This document shows positions 10,883 to 20,445 of a DNA stretch of 64,000 nucleotides, piece after piece. The first letter of the stretch is position 1; each line of letters opens with the position of its first letter. The stretch is taken from contig JAFGAS010000025.1 of assembly GCA_016933535.1 (NCBI GenBank), positions 105,145 to 169,144 on the forward strand, written 5' to 3'. Origin of the DNA: Candidatus Zymogenaceae bacterium. GTDB taxonomy: Bacteria; Desulfobacterota; Zymogenia; Zymogenales; Zymogenaceae. The position numbers were made by a program, and so were the translations under genes. The notes beneath the pieces were generated by a model that did no database searches, was not told where the DNA came from, and saw only the letters and a list, made by a program, of their open reading frames with translations.

Positions 10883-10915
10883 GTTGCGTTGACACGCGAC
10901 GCGTGTCAACGCAAC
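10883..10915. repeat. 33-bp perfect palindrome (16-bp arms, 1-nt centre) 7 bp after the acsE stop; possible terminator-like or protein-binding hairpin without a U-tract
   Basis: gttgcgttgacacgcg a cgcgtgtcaacgcaac read directly from the sequence. Confidence 0.6.
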
Positions 10916-10920
10916 GATTA

Positions 10921-11123
10921 GAGATCGTCATTGCGAGCCCCGAAGGGGCGTGGCAATCTCGAACGATGTTGATAAGAGATCGTCATTGCGAGCCCCGAAG
11001 GAGCGCGGCAATCTCGAACGATGTGAGAAGAGAGATCGTCATTACGAGTGCAGGGAGGCAATATCTTTGTTTCCCGGTGACAGTCGGGGGATTGCTTCGG
11101 TCGTTTCACTCACTCGCAATGAC
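10921..11123. repeat. Cluster 1 of a GC-hairpin repeat family: two full forward units (about 48 bp), one partial forward unit and one inverted unit
   Basis: Units gagatcgtcattgcgag-[GC hairpin ccccgaagggg]-cgtggcaatctcgaacgatg at 10921-10968 and 10976-11023; partial at 11032-11066; inverted copy ...gattgcttcgg...cactcgcaatgac at about 11090-11123. Confidence 0.7.
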
Positions 11124-11135
11124 AGAGGAAACTTC

Positions 11136-11798
11136 ATGGTCGTCTCCTGTTCGGCCGGAAAGACAAAAGCCGCGCCCAACTATGAGGCCGCGCTCGCGGC
11201 GTCGTGGGGCGATATTGCAGAAATTGATATATTGCTCCAGGCCGGGCGGGTCGGCGGGATCGTCGAGCAGCGGCGGGACGGGAACCGGTCGGTAAGCCTG
11301 CCGTGCATGGGGGAGACCTATTGTATCGGGCTGGCGGACGGGAGCGTCTCCCGCGGTGACGGCGCGGTGGTCGGCGTCTTTACCCAAATACTCATCCTCC
11401 ATGCGCTGTGTTCCCACACGGGGTGTATCCCCTCGGGCGACTGGATCGCATTTTCAGATATCCCCGACGGGCTCTTTTACGGCGGCGTCTACAAAAGGCG
11501 GACCGCAGGGCGTCTTGCCCGGGCGCTTTCGGGCGGGGGAGACCTCCTTTGGGATGCGGCCGAACGATTGGGCGGCAGGGAGGCGGCGCTGGGGGGGGAT
11601 GCGTCGGCCGTCGTGGAGCCGTTTGCCGGCGTGCCGGTGGGCATCGTCTTCTGGGAAGGCGACGACGAGTTCGGTCCCGCCGTCACGTTCCTCTACGACA
11701 AGACGATCACGGGGATATTTCCGGCCGAGGACATCGTCGTCCTGACACAGTGGCTGGTCGAAGAGATGATACAGATCATCAGGGAGATAGCCCGATGA
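11136..11798 (+). CDS. Hypothetical protein (about 220 aa) conserved-looking acs-cluster companion, possibly DUF3786-like
   Basis: GAGGAA RBS 7 nt upstream of ATG; the ORF-track N-terminal extension is translation of the repeat cluster and is rejected; ATGA overlap with downstream cooC2. Confidence 0.45.
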   Translation: MVVSCSAGKTKAAPNYEAALAASWGDIAEIDILLQAGRVGGIVEQRRDGNRSVSLPCMGETYCIGLADGSVSRGDGAVVGVFTQILILHALCSHTGCIPSGDWIAFSDIPDGLFYGGVYKRRTAGRLARALSGGGDLLWDAAERLGGREAALGGDASAVVEPFAGVPVGIVFWEGDDEFGPAVTFLYDKTITGIFPAEDIVVLTQWLVEEMIQIIREIAR

Positions 11799-12574
11799 AG
11801 ATCGCCGTCAGCGGAAAGGGCGGTGTGGGCAAGACCACCCTCGTGCTGCTGCTGGCACGGTACTTTCGCGACCGGGGTACGGGCGTGATCCTGGTCGACG
11901 CCGACCCGGATGGGAACCTGGCGGCCGGACTCGGCCTGGACCCCGCATCCGTCGTGCCGATATCGGCCATGAAGGAGTTGATCGCCGAGCGTACGGGGGC
12001 TCGCCCGGGGACGTCGGGCGGCTTCTTCAAGCTCAATCCGCGGGTGGATGACCTGCCGGATACCGTAGCGATAAAAAAGGACGGCATACGCCTTCTCGTC
12101 ATGGGCACGGTGCGGCGGGGGGGAGGGGGCTGCATCTGTCCCGAGAGCGCGCTGGCAAAGGCGCTGCTTTTACATCTCGTCCTGGAACGGGACGACGTGG
12201 TGATCATGGACATGGAGGCGGGCATCGAGCACCTCGGCCGGGGGACGGCCCGGGCCGTGGATATGATGATCGTCGTGGTGGAGCCGGGCAGGCGCAGCGT
12301 GGAGACGGCAAACCGCGTCCGGGCGCTTGCTGCCGACATCGGCCTGACGAAGATAGCGGTGGTGGGCAACAAGGTGAGGGACGAAGGGGACGAGAAATTC
12401 CTGCGGGAGGCAATGCCCGGATTTGTTTTCCTGGGATTTATCCCCTTTTCGGAGGCGGTTATTCAAGCCGACATTGGCGACGGCGGGTTTTCACTGGCCG
12501 ATTCACCGGTTACGGCGGCGGCCGACGAGATTGCCAAAAGGCTCATCGAAATAGATCCGGGGACGCAGACCTGA
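11795..12574 (+). CDS. cooC: Second CooC/AcsF-type nickel-insertion ATPase
   Basis: Walker A VSGKGGVGKTT, GCICP CxC motif, about 259 aa; paralog of the gene at 1563-2318. Confidence 0.85.
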   Translation: MKIAVSGKGGVGKTTLVLLLARYFRDRGTGVILVDADPDGNLAAGLGLDPASVVPISAMKELIAERTGARPGTSGGFFKLNPRVDDLPDTVAIKKDGIRLLVMGTVRRGGGGCICPESALAKALLLHLVLERDDVVIMDMEAGIEHLGRGTARAVDMMIVVVEPGRRSVETANRVRALAADIGLTKIAVVGNKVRDEGDEKFLREAMPGFVFLGFIPFSEAVIQADIGDGGFSLADSPVTAAADEIAKRLIEIDPGTQT

Positions 12575-12722
12575 GCCCCGTACCCTCTTCCTTTCAAATC
12601 GCCTCGGCGGAGGCCCTTATCCACCGGGGCCGTTAGACCGTTGTCATGTCCGGGAATAGCCGTCCCGGTTCGGATCGGCCTTCATCGCCGCGGACGGGAG
12701 TTGAGGGCGATTATCACGGCGT

Positions 12723-13574
12723 TTAGGACAGGGCCTTGTTGGCCGCCTTCAGGGTGTTCTTCAAGAGCATCGCCCTGGTCATGAGCCCAACGCCCCCCGG
12801 GACCGGTGTTATCAGCGAGGCGCGCTCACAAGCGACGTCAAAGTCCACGTCGCCCACGAGCTTGCCGTCGGGCATACGGTTGATCCCCACGTCGATGACC
12901 ACCGCCCCCTGTTTGATCCATGGCCCCTCGATCATCCGCGGCTTGCCGGTGGCGGCAACCAGGATATCGGCCTCCAAAATCCGGCGGGCAAGATCGGTCG
13001 TCCGGGAATGGCAGACGGTGATGGTGGCGTGTTCCCTCATGAGCATCAGCGCGATGGGCTTTCCCACGATGTTGGAGCGACCGACGATAACGGCAGATCT
13101 CCCCTTGATTGATACGTCGTAGCGCCTCAGGAGCTCCATGATGCCCGACGGGGTGCAGGGCTCCAGGAACGCCTCGGACGCGAGCAGCCTGCCGAAATTT
13201 TCGGGCGTAATCCCGTCCACGTCTTTTACGGGGTCGATGCGCTCGATGACGGCATCGGTGGCGATATGGCCCGGCAGGGGAAGCTGGACGAGGATACCGT
13301 GGACGGCGTCGTCGGCGTTGAGCCGGTCGATGAGCGCGGCGACCTCCGCCTCGGGTGTGCCGGCGGCCATCCGATGGGTGATCGAATCGATGCCGACCTC
13401 GGCGGCGTCGCGCTCCTTGTGGCCGACGTATACCTGAGATGCCGGATCGTCGCCCACCAGCAAAACCGCAAGATGGGGTACGGCGCCGCTTCTTTTCTTG
13501 AGGAGGGCCACGCCCTCGGCGACCTCGGCCCGAACGAGCCGGGCGATCTGTTTTCCGTCGATGATCTGTGCCAT
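12723..13574 (-). CDS. folD: Bifunctional methylene-THF dehydrogenase / methenyl-THF cyclohydrolase FolD
   Basis: 283 aa; canonical FolD N-terminus [11 protein letters not shown] and Rossmann motif GRSNIVGKP. Confidence 0.9.
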   Translation of the reverse strand: MAQIIDGKQIARLVRAEVAEGVALLKKRSGAVPHLAVLLVGDDPASQVYVGHKERDAAEVGIDSITHRMAAGTPEAEVAALIDRLNADDAVHGILVQLPLPGHIATDAVIERIDPVKDVDGITPENFGRLLASEAFLEPCTPSGIMELLRRYDVSIKGRSAVIVGRSNIVGKPIALMLMREHATITVCHSRTTDLARRILEADILVAATGKPRMIEGPWIKQGAVVIDVGINRMPDGKLVGDVDFDVACERASLITPVPGGVGLMTRAMLLKNTLKAANKALS

Positions 13575-13589
13575 AATTACTCCGTTTGA

Positions 13590-13778
13590 CTATTGGCCGG
13601 TAACAATAATCCGGTGGTTCATCAGGTCGATAAGCTCGATACGGCCCGAAATCTCTCGCACCCGGCCGAGAATATCCTCAAGGTAGAGCCCGCCCGGCGC
13701 CGGCTTGATCAGCACCACGTCTTCGAGGACGAGCTGCTCATCTTCGCCTTTTTTGAGATATACGTTCGATTCGCACAT
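13590..13778 (-). CDS. cooT: CooT-family small nickel-binding protein (63 aa)
   Basis: Begins MCESNVYL... (Met-Cys N-terminus typical of CooT); strong GGGAGGTG RBS directly upstream of this internal ATG; sits between fhs and folD. Confidence 0.55.
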   Translation of the reverse strand: MCESNVYLKKGEDEQLVLEDVVLIKPAPGGLYLEDILGRVREISGRIELIDLMNHRIIVTGQ

Positions 13779-13830
13779 AATGCACCTCCCCAGCCGGTCG
13801 CCGGATATCTCTCGGGTGACCATTTGCGGG

Positions 13831-15702
13831 CTAGAAAAGTCCCCTGATCTTTTCGGTTACCGGGTCAATATCCACGTCCATGAAGGCGGGGCGGGACGGC
13901 AGGCCCGGCATCGTGCGCATTTCCCCGCACAGCGGATAGAGAAAGCCCGCCCCTGCCGAGATGCGGATATCCACGATGGGTAACAGGTAATCCTTGGGTA
14001 CCCCCTTGAGCGCCGGGTCGTGGGAGATGGACAGGTGCGTCTTTGCCATGCAGATGGGAAGCCCCTCCAGACCGAATTTCCTGATGAGCCTGATCTTTTT
14101 TATAACGTCCGGAAAGAGGTCGATATCCTCGGCATTATAGAAATCACGGGCGATTGTGCGGATCTTCTGTTCGATGGGGATATCCAGGGGGTACAGAAAC
14201 CGGAAATCCTTTTTCAACTCGCAGGCCGACGCCACGCCCCGCGCGAGATCGATCGCCCCGTCGCCCCCCTTTTCCCACGCGTCGCTCACATAGGCCCCCT
14301 GGGCGCCCGCCGATATCGCCGCTTCTTTTACGATATCGATCTCCGAATCGCTGTCGGTCAGAAAGCGGTTGACGGCCACGACCACCGGGACGCCGAATTT
14401 CAGGCAGTTTTTTATATGAAACGTGAGGTTGCCAAGTCCCGCCTTAACCAGCTCCCGGTTTTCAGTTTGGTAGGCGGCATCGAGCGATCTTCCCGGAGAC
14501 ACCTCGGGGCCTCCGCCGTGCATCTTGAGGGCGCGGATCGTGGCCACGATCACGATGCAGTCGGGGGCCAGTCCGGACGTTCGGCACTTGATGTCGATGA
14601 ACTTCTCAAGCCCGCACTCGGCCCCGAAGCCGGCCTCGGTTATCACGTAGCCGCCGGAGGCAAGCTTGAGGGCGATCGTGTCGGCTATGATCGATGAATT
14701 TCCGTGCGCGATATTCGCAAACGGACCGGTATGGACAAAGACCGGGCTTTTTGCCAGTGTCTGCATCAGGTTGGGCTTGAGCGCGTCCTTGAGCAGGACC
14801 GTCATGGCCCCGGCCACGCCGAGGTCCTCGGCGGTCAGCGGCTCGCCGCGGCGGCTCACGCCGAAGATGATACGGCTGATCCTTTGCCTGAGGTCGGGAA
14901 GATCGGCGGCCAGCGCCAGGATCGCCATGATCTCGGAGGCCACGGCAATATCAAACCCGTTCTGGCGGGCCAGGCCGTCCAGCGGTCCGCCCAGCCCCGT
15001 GACGGTATTACGGAGCGACGAGTCGCTTACGTCCACCACCCGCCGCCAGAAGACGTTATGGTCGTCCATATCCAGGTATGCAAACCGACGCTTCTCGGCC
15101 TGGGTGAAATCCTCGGCGCGTTTTTCGGGGTCGATGCCGAGCTTTGACAGACGCTTTTTCTGCCAATCGGTGAATCGTCCGTCCTTGACCAATATATCAA
15201 AGAGCTCGGGGGCGCTTCTCCGTGATTCGTGGAGCCTCCGGGCGTCGATGGCCGCGGCCATCAGGTTGTGGGCGATCGCCACGGCGTGGATATCGCCGGT
15301 CAGATGAAGGTTGAATTCCTCCATCGGGACCACCTGTGAATATCCACCCCCGGCTGCCCCTCCCTTGATCCCGAAGGTCGGCCCCATAGACGGCTGGCGG
15401 ATGCAGGTGAAGACGGGCTTTCCGAGGGCCTTGAAACCCTGGGAGAGCCCGATGGTGGTAATGGTCTTTCCCTCCCCGAGCGGTGTCGGGTTGATGGCGG
15501 TGACCACCACGTACTTTCCGTTGGGCCGGTCGGCCAGCGTATCGAGGATGTTGGGCAGGACCTTGGCCTTATATTCCCCGAACGGCAGCAGATGCCGGCT
15601 GTCGATGCCGGCCTGTCGGGCCACATCGGCGATGGGGGCGGCGTCCGCCGCCTGGGAGATCTCCAGGTCACTCGGGAAGTTCGCGGGTCTGTGCTGAATC
15701 AT
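13831..15702 (-). CDS. fhs: Formate--tetrahydrofolate ligase (formyl-THF synthetase)
   Basis: PTPLGEGKTTTTIGL P-loop motif and the conserved C-terminal ...TMPGLP...DIDP...GLF; about 60 aa longer than typical Fhs. Confidence 0.9.
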   Translation of the reverse strand: MIQHRPANFPSDLEISQAADAAPIADVARQAGIDSRHLLPFGEYKAKVLPNILDTLADRPNGKYVVVTAINPTPLGEGKTITTIGLSQGFKALGKPVFTCIRQPSMGPTFGIKGGAAGGGYSQVVPMEEFNLHLTGDIHAVAIAHNLMAAAIDARRLHESRRSAPELFDILVKDGRFTDWQKKRLSKLGIDPEKRAEDFTQAEKRRFAYLDMDDHNVFWRRVVDVSDSSLRNTVTGLGGPLDGLARQNGFDIAVASEIMAILALAADLPDLRQRISRIIFGVSRRGEPLTAEDLGVAGAMTVLLKDALKPNLMQTLAKSPVFVHTGPFANIAHGNSSIIADTIALKLASGGYVITEAGFGAECGLEKFIDIKCRTSGLAPDCIVIVATIRALKMHGGGPEVSPGRSLDAAYQTENRELVKAGLGNLTFHIKNCLKFGVPVVVAVNRFLTDSDSEIDIVKEAAISAGAQGAYVSDAWEKGGDGAIDLARGVASACELKKDFRFLYPLDIPIEQKIRTIARDFYNAEDIDLFPDVIKKIRLIRKFGLEGLPICMAKTHLSISHDPALKGVPKDYLLPIVDIRISAGAGFLYPLCGEMRTMPGLPSRPAFMDVDIDPVTEKIRGLF

Positions 15703-15848
15703 CGGTGTATTGTATCCTTATAAAAGAGCATGCATTATACCAAAACGGCAATAAAGCACAACCTTATCCCGGTAGTTTCTTATATTTTTGCCGGGGAGGC
15801 CGCCCGTGTGAGGTCCGGCGGGCCTCATCGACCGAGTCGATTGCACTA

Positions 15849-15877
15849 TTGACACGCGTATGCCCCTGTGGAATAAT
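15849..15877 (+). promoter_or_regulatory. Sigma-70-type promoter for the downstream enoyl-CoA hydratase gene (TTGACA-N17-TGgAATAAT, extended -10)
   Basis: Hexamers read directly; located about 30 nt upstream of the start at 15910 in the divergent fhs/ech intergenic region. Confidence 0.4.
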
Positions 15878-15909
15878 CGAGGCGATTTTATGGCGTATAG
15901 GAGCTGTCT

Positions 15910-16704
15910 ATGGAGTATCGATTGCTTGACCTCGAACAAGAGGAGAGAACGGCGATAGTCAGGATCTCGCGGCCCGAAAAGAAGAACGCCCTCTCGATTG
16001 ACCTGATCGAAGAGCTTTCGTTCATGGCCGAGGATCTTAAAAAGCGCGCCGACCTGATTGCCGTGATCCTCACCGGTGGCGATTCCTATTTTTCACCGGG
16101 CGTGGACCTTTCGGACCCGAAGCTCTACGAGATTTTTGGAGAGGGGCTTTTCCAAAAGCGTAAGGCGATGGAGTACGGCCCCCGGATGTGCCGGGCGTGG
16201 GAGGACCTTGATCAGTTTACGATTGCGGCCATCGAGGGGTTCTGCGTCGGCGGTGGTGTGGCGCTGACGGCGTCCCTTGATTTTCGGGTTATGGCCGAAT
16301 CGTCCTTTATCCGGGTGCCGGAGATCGGCCTGGGTATGAACATGAGCTGGGCCTCGCTGCCCCGCCTCGTCCACCTCGTGGGGCCCGCCCGCGCCAAAGA
16401 GATCGTCATCTTCGCCGAACGGGTGAAGGCGGCCGACGCCTACGAGTGGGGATTCGCGCAGCGGATCACCGCCGACGGCAACGCGCTGTCGGTGTCCAGA
16501 AAGATCGCCGAGCACGTGGCCGAAAAGCCGCCCGTTCAGGTTGCCATGACCAAGCAGACGATCAACGCCCTGACGACGGCGCTGGATCGCCTGACCTCCC
16601 ACATGGATACGGACCAGTTTATCCTCTCGCTCATGTCCGAGGATTTCAAGGAGGGCGTCGCGGCGTATCAGCAAAAACGCAAGCCCAGCTTCACCGGGCG
16701 TTAA
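15910..16704 (+). CDS. Enoyl-CoA hydratase/isomerase (crotonase) family protein
   Basis: 264 aa crotonase fold with an oxyanion-hole GGG-type region (FCVGGGVAL). Confidence 0.8.
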   Translation: MEYRLLDLEQEERTAIVRISRPEKKNALSIDLIEELSFMAEDLKKRADLIAVILTGGDSYFSPGVDLSDPKLYEIFGEGLFQKRKAMEYGPRMCRAWEDLDQFTIAAIEGFCVGGGVALTASLDFRVMAESSFIRVPEIGLGMNMSWASLPRLVHLVGPARAKEIVIFAERVKAADAYEWGFAQRITADGNALSVSRKIAEHVAEKPPVQVAMTKQTINALTTALDRLTSHMDTDQFILSLMSEDFKEGVAAYQQKRKPSFTGR

Positions 16705-16891
16705 GCCCTCGTCCCGGCATCCGCGGGCCCGTGTCCTTAAAGCCGTGCGCGGTAAGCCGCCGCGATGCGGACCAACGTTCCCGTCTTGTGCACGGCCGGG
16801 CGGGGGTGTAAACTCACCCGAACCGCTCCCTTTGCTTGACATGCCGTAAGAAATGTATTAAGGTTCTATTTTAGTCTGGACGGGTAACGAC

Positions 16892-18133
16892 ATGGTAGAT
16901 ACCACCCTGCTGCTCCACGCGAACCTCCTCTACGCAGAATTTCCGTTTGCGGAAATTCCCAATGTTATCGACAGGAGCTATCTCCCCGTCCTGGAGATGC
17001 TCGAAAAAAATCCCCAGTATAAAATCGTCCTCAACGTTACGGGATTTACGCTGGACGTGCTTTCCGGCGCGTTTCCCGAATACGGCAAGTACCCGGAGGT
17101 CGTCGACCTGATCAAGGCCCTGATAAAACGGGGCCAGGTTGAGGTCACCGGAACGAGCTGGACCCACGGGATCCTCCCGCTCATGACAACCGAGGACGTC
17201 AGGCGGGATATCGGGCGCTACCTGGCCACCGCCAAGCGAGTTCTCGGGATCAGGCCCGCCGGGTTTTTCCCGCCGGAGCTTTCCATCGACCCGCTGCTGC
17301 CGTTGATACTTTCGGAGAACGGATTTTCGTGGTGTTTCGTCGACAACGGGCTGTTGCGCTACACCACCGACGACCTGCTCAACGTCGCCAACGACTTCAA
17401 GCCCGTGCCCCCCTCGATGTTCAAGGAGATCGCGCTGGCCTCCCGGATGGGCCCGCTCGGCCAGCTTCGGATGCTCTTGAAGATGAAAAAGTCGATCAGG
17501 TCGATGACCGGCCTTTCCCCGGTGGTATGGAACGGGGCAGGCGCGGCGTCGATCGTGGCCTTTCGGAGCGTCCAGGAATGGAACAGCTACACGCTGTCGT
17601 GCCTGGGCCGGATGGCGATCATGAACGAAAAGCGGCTCTACGCGATGCTGGATGCCGTCGGTCCGACGCTTTCCGGATTCTTCCTGCCGTTTTCCACGGA
17701 CTTTGAGTTCTACGGCTACAGGGGTAACGTCCTGGAGGAGCCGATCCCGGTCTCGCGGCTGGCGGCCCTGCTCGAATATATCCACCAGAGCCCCCACCTG
17801 ACGTTTACGCTGCCCTCGGAATATCTCAAAAAGACCGATACGGCCTCTTTCAAAGATCTCTACCTGCGCACCGGCAGCTGGAGCACCGACGCCGATTTTG
17901 CGCTGTGGGACGCCGACCCCGATAACCGGCGGCTCAACGACTTCGTGCGGGAGGTCCGGGGCCTTTACGACCGGCGGGCCGACGCCCTTTCCAAGGCGGA
18001 CCGGGAGATCGTCGAAAAGTACCTGTTGTTGGCCCAGGGGAGCGACGGCAGGGGATGGACGCCCATCCCGGAGCACCGTCTCTTCTGTTACAACGCGGCG
18101 CTCTCGGCCCTGACCATCCTCAGGAGAAAATGA
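16892..18133 (+). CDS. Glycoside hydrolase family 57-like / polysaccharide-deacetylase-like N-terminal domain protein
   Basis: N-terminal LLLHANLLYAEFPF...YLPVLE pattern reminiscent of the GH57 HxHLPY region, although one His is replaced; assignment is weak. Confidence 0.4.
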   Translation: MVDTTLLLHANLLYAEFPFAEIPNVIDRSYLPVLEMLEKNPQYKIVLNVTGFTLDVLSGAFPEYGKYPEVVDLIKALIKRGQVEVTGTSWTHGILPLMTTEDVRRDIGRYLATAKRVLGIRPAGFFPPELSIDPLLPLILSENGFSWCFVDNGLLRYTTDDLLNVANDFKPVPPSMFKEIALASRMGPLGQLRMLLKMKKSIRSMTGLSPVVWNGAGAASIVAFRSVQEWNSYTLSCLGRMAIMNEKRLYAMLDAVGPTLSGFFLPFSTDFEFYGYRGNVLEEPIPVSRLAALLEYIHQSPHLTFTLPSEYLKKTDTASFKDLYLRTGSWSTDADFALWDADPDNRRLNDFVREVRGLYDRRADALSKADREIVEKYLLLAQGSDGRGWTPIPEHRLFCYNAALSALTILRRK

Positions 18134-18223
18134 TACGGGCCGCCCGCGCGATACGGCGGGTAAGGCCGGTATACTCTTTATAGAGTCTTTATAATGACTG
18201 CCATTTTTTGATAAGGAGTCACT

Positions 18224-19009
18224 ATGTCAGAGCTCACATTCGACAAACGCGATAATGTGGGGATCGTTACCCTCAACCGCCCCGACAACATGAACGCCCT
18301 GACGTTTGACATGGTCAAAGGGCTGATCGCCTATTTTCAGGACGCAGAGCAGGACGATTCGATCCGCGCGATAATCCTCACGGGCAGCGGCCGGGCGTTT
18401 TGCACCGGGGCCGACCTCGTTTCCGGCGCGGGGCGTTCGGATCTCGCCACGGCCATGGGGATGAAGCTCTCGGCCCACCTCTACGGCAAGGTCTACTTCA
18501 GCATGGCCAACTGTGAGAAACCCATCGTCAATGCCATCAACGGGACGGCCGCCGGCGCCGGCGTCAACATAGCGCTGGGCGGCGACATCATCGTGGCGGG
18601 CGAGGGCGTAAAATTTATCGAAGTCTTCGTGCGGCGGGGGCTGGTGCCGGACGCGGGGGGATGCTTCCTGCTGCCGCGGATTGTAGGGCTGGCCAAGGCC
18701 AAAGAGATCATGTTCTTCGGAGATGACATCCTGGCCGAGAAGGCCCTGGAGATGGGGCTGATCCACCGGGTCGTGCCCAAGGATAAGGTCATGGACGAGG
18801 CGATGGTGCTGGCAACGCGGCTGGCCGCCGGCCCCACCCGGTCCATCGGGATGATCAAGAAGATGCTCAACCGCTCGTTTGACGTGGATATGCAGACCAT
18901 GCTCGAATTCGAGAGCGCGTTCCAGGGAATCGCCGTGACCACGGAGGACGCCAAGGAAGGGGTCATGTCGTTTATCGAAAAACGGCCCCCGAAGTTTCAG
19001 GGGAAGTAG
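18224..19009 (+). CDS. Enoyl-CoA hydratase/isomerase (crotonase) family protein
   Basis: 261 aa; GSGRAFCTGADL and NGTAAGAGVNIAL crotonase motifs. Confidence 0.8.
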   Translation: MSELTFDKRDNVGIVTLNRPDNMNALTFDMVKGLIAYFQDAEQDDSIRAIILTGSGRAFCTGADLVSGAGRSDLATAMGMKLSAHLYGKVYFSMANCEKPIVNAINGTAAGAGVNIALGGDIIVAGEGVKFIEVFVRRGLVPDAGGCFLLPRIVGLAKAKEIMFFGDDILAEKALEMGLIHRVVPKDKVMDEAMVLATRLAAGPTRSIGMIKKMLNRSFDVDMQTMLEFESAFQGIAVTTEDAKEGVMSFIEKRPPKFQGK

Positions 19010-19246
19010 AGAAAGGGGAAGGGATTGTGGAAAAGCCGTAATCCTCGAAAGGCAACCCATCCGGCATCGGAACGGCGATTCACGGGCAACTCGACAAATA
19101 AACAGTATTGCCCTTTTATACGAGACCCGTCATGGTGCGGGCGATATTGGCCGGACGAAGCGTGCCGGTGGCCGTGATTGATTTAAATTACGGCTCGGAA
19201 TAGGCGTCGTAATGAACCGTTTATATAAAAATCATAGGGGGATCGT

Positions 19247-20383
19247 ATGAAAATCACCGAGATCGATTTTTATCTCTGTCATTATCCATTGCCCGCGCCC
19301 TTTATGCCGTCATGGATCCCCGGCTTTCCCCAGCACAACAACAGCTGCCTGATCACGGTCGTCAAGACCGACGAGGGGATAGAGGGCTATTCGGCCATGG
19401 TCGGGTTCCTCGACGAATCCAGGGGCCTGGTCGGCATGATGCGGCCCTTTTTGGTGGGGCGCGATCCCACAAGGATAGAGAACATCGTCCAGGTCATCCG
19501 CAGCGCCCACTACCTGGGCTACAAGGCCTTCTTCATGGAAGTCGCCATGTGGGACATCCTCGGCAAAAAGGCGGGCCTTCCGATCTATAAGCTGCTCGGG
19601 GGAGGGGACGGCAGGATCAAGGCATATGCCTCCTCCGGCGAGATTCAGGAGCCCAAAAAGCGGGTTGAATACATCAAGGAGATCCAGAAGATGGGCTTTC
19701 GGGCGGCAAAGCTGCGCATCCGCTCCATGGAGTTCGAAAAGGACATCGCCGTGGTCGAGGCGGTGCGCAACGCCGTCGGCGACGACTTTGACATCATGGT
19801 CGACGCCAACCAGGGCTGGCCCATCCACCTGGGGCTGGTCGAGTGGCCGCGCTGGGACCTGAAGCGGGCCATGCGCACGGCGGCGGTGCTGGAAGACCTT
19901 GATGTGCGCTGGATCGAGGAGCCGCTGTTCAAGCACGACTACGACGGGATGGCCGCGCTGAGGGCCTCCACCACCATCCCCATCGCCGGGGGCGAGTTCA
20001 ACACCGACCTCTACGAGTTCCGCGACCTAATCGGCGGGGGCTGTCTGGATATCGTCCAGCCGGACGTGACGCTGGCCGGCGGAATCCTCATGGGCAAGAA
20101 GATCGCGGGGATGGCCGAGGCCGCCAACCTCCAGTTTTCTCCCCATACCTGGACCAACGGGCTGGGGTTTGCCGCAAACCTCCAACTGATGGGTTCCGTC
20201 CATATCTGTCCCTACTGCGAGTTCCCCTTCGAGCCGCCGGGATGGGTCCCAGAGGCGCGCGACTTCATGCTCAAAGAGCCCTTTACGGTCGGCAAGGACG
20301 GGTATATCACCGTGCCCGACAAGCCGGGCCTGGGCGTGGAGCTTGACATGGAAAAAATCCTGGCCCACGGCGAAAAGCTGTAG
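19247..20383 (+). CDS. Enolase-superfamily mandelate racemase / muconate lactonizing enzyme-like protein
   Basis: 378 aa; KLRI...DANQGW...EEP metal-ligand spacing typical of the MR/MLE subgroup. Confidence 0.75.
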   Translation: MKITEIDFYLCHYPLPAPFMPSWIPGFPQHNNSCLITVVKTDEGIEGYSAMVGFLDESRGLVGMMRPFLVGRDPTRIENIVQVIRSAHYLGYKAFFMEVAMWDILGKKAGLPIYKLLGGGDGRIKAYASSGEIQEPKKRVEYIKEIQKMGFRAAKLRIRSMEFEKDIAVVEAVRNAVGDDFDIMVDANQGWPIHLGLVEWPRWDLKRAMRTAAVLEDLDVRWIEEPLFKHDYDGMAALRASTTIPIAGGEFNTDLYEFRDLIGGGCLDIVQPDVTLAGGILMGKKIAGMAEAANLQFSPHTWTNGLGFAANLQLMGSVHICPYCEFPFEPPGWVPEARDFMLKEPFTVGKDGYITVPDKPGLGVELDMEKILAHGEKL

Positions 20384-20445
20384 CGGGGCCGCTCTTCGGT
20401 CACCGCGGTCGTCTCACAGGCCACGATAAAAGCGGGAGGGCATTC

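Noticed and set aside
10921-11123. Repeat clusters (also 49904-50261) considered as CRISPR arrays
   Set aside because: Units occur in both orientations with irregular spacing, the 'spacers' are of very different lengths, units are internally palindromic, and no cas genes are present. They fit REP/MITE-like elements rather than CRISPR.
13831-15702. Fhs is about 60 aa longer than textbook formate-THF ligases; considered a frameshift or fusion
   Set aside because: The N- and C-termini both match Fhs and the frame is continuous. The extra length is most simply internal insertions. No sign of a second domain.
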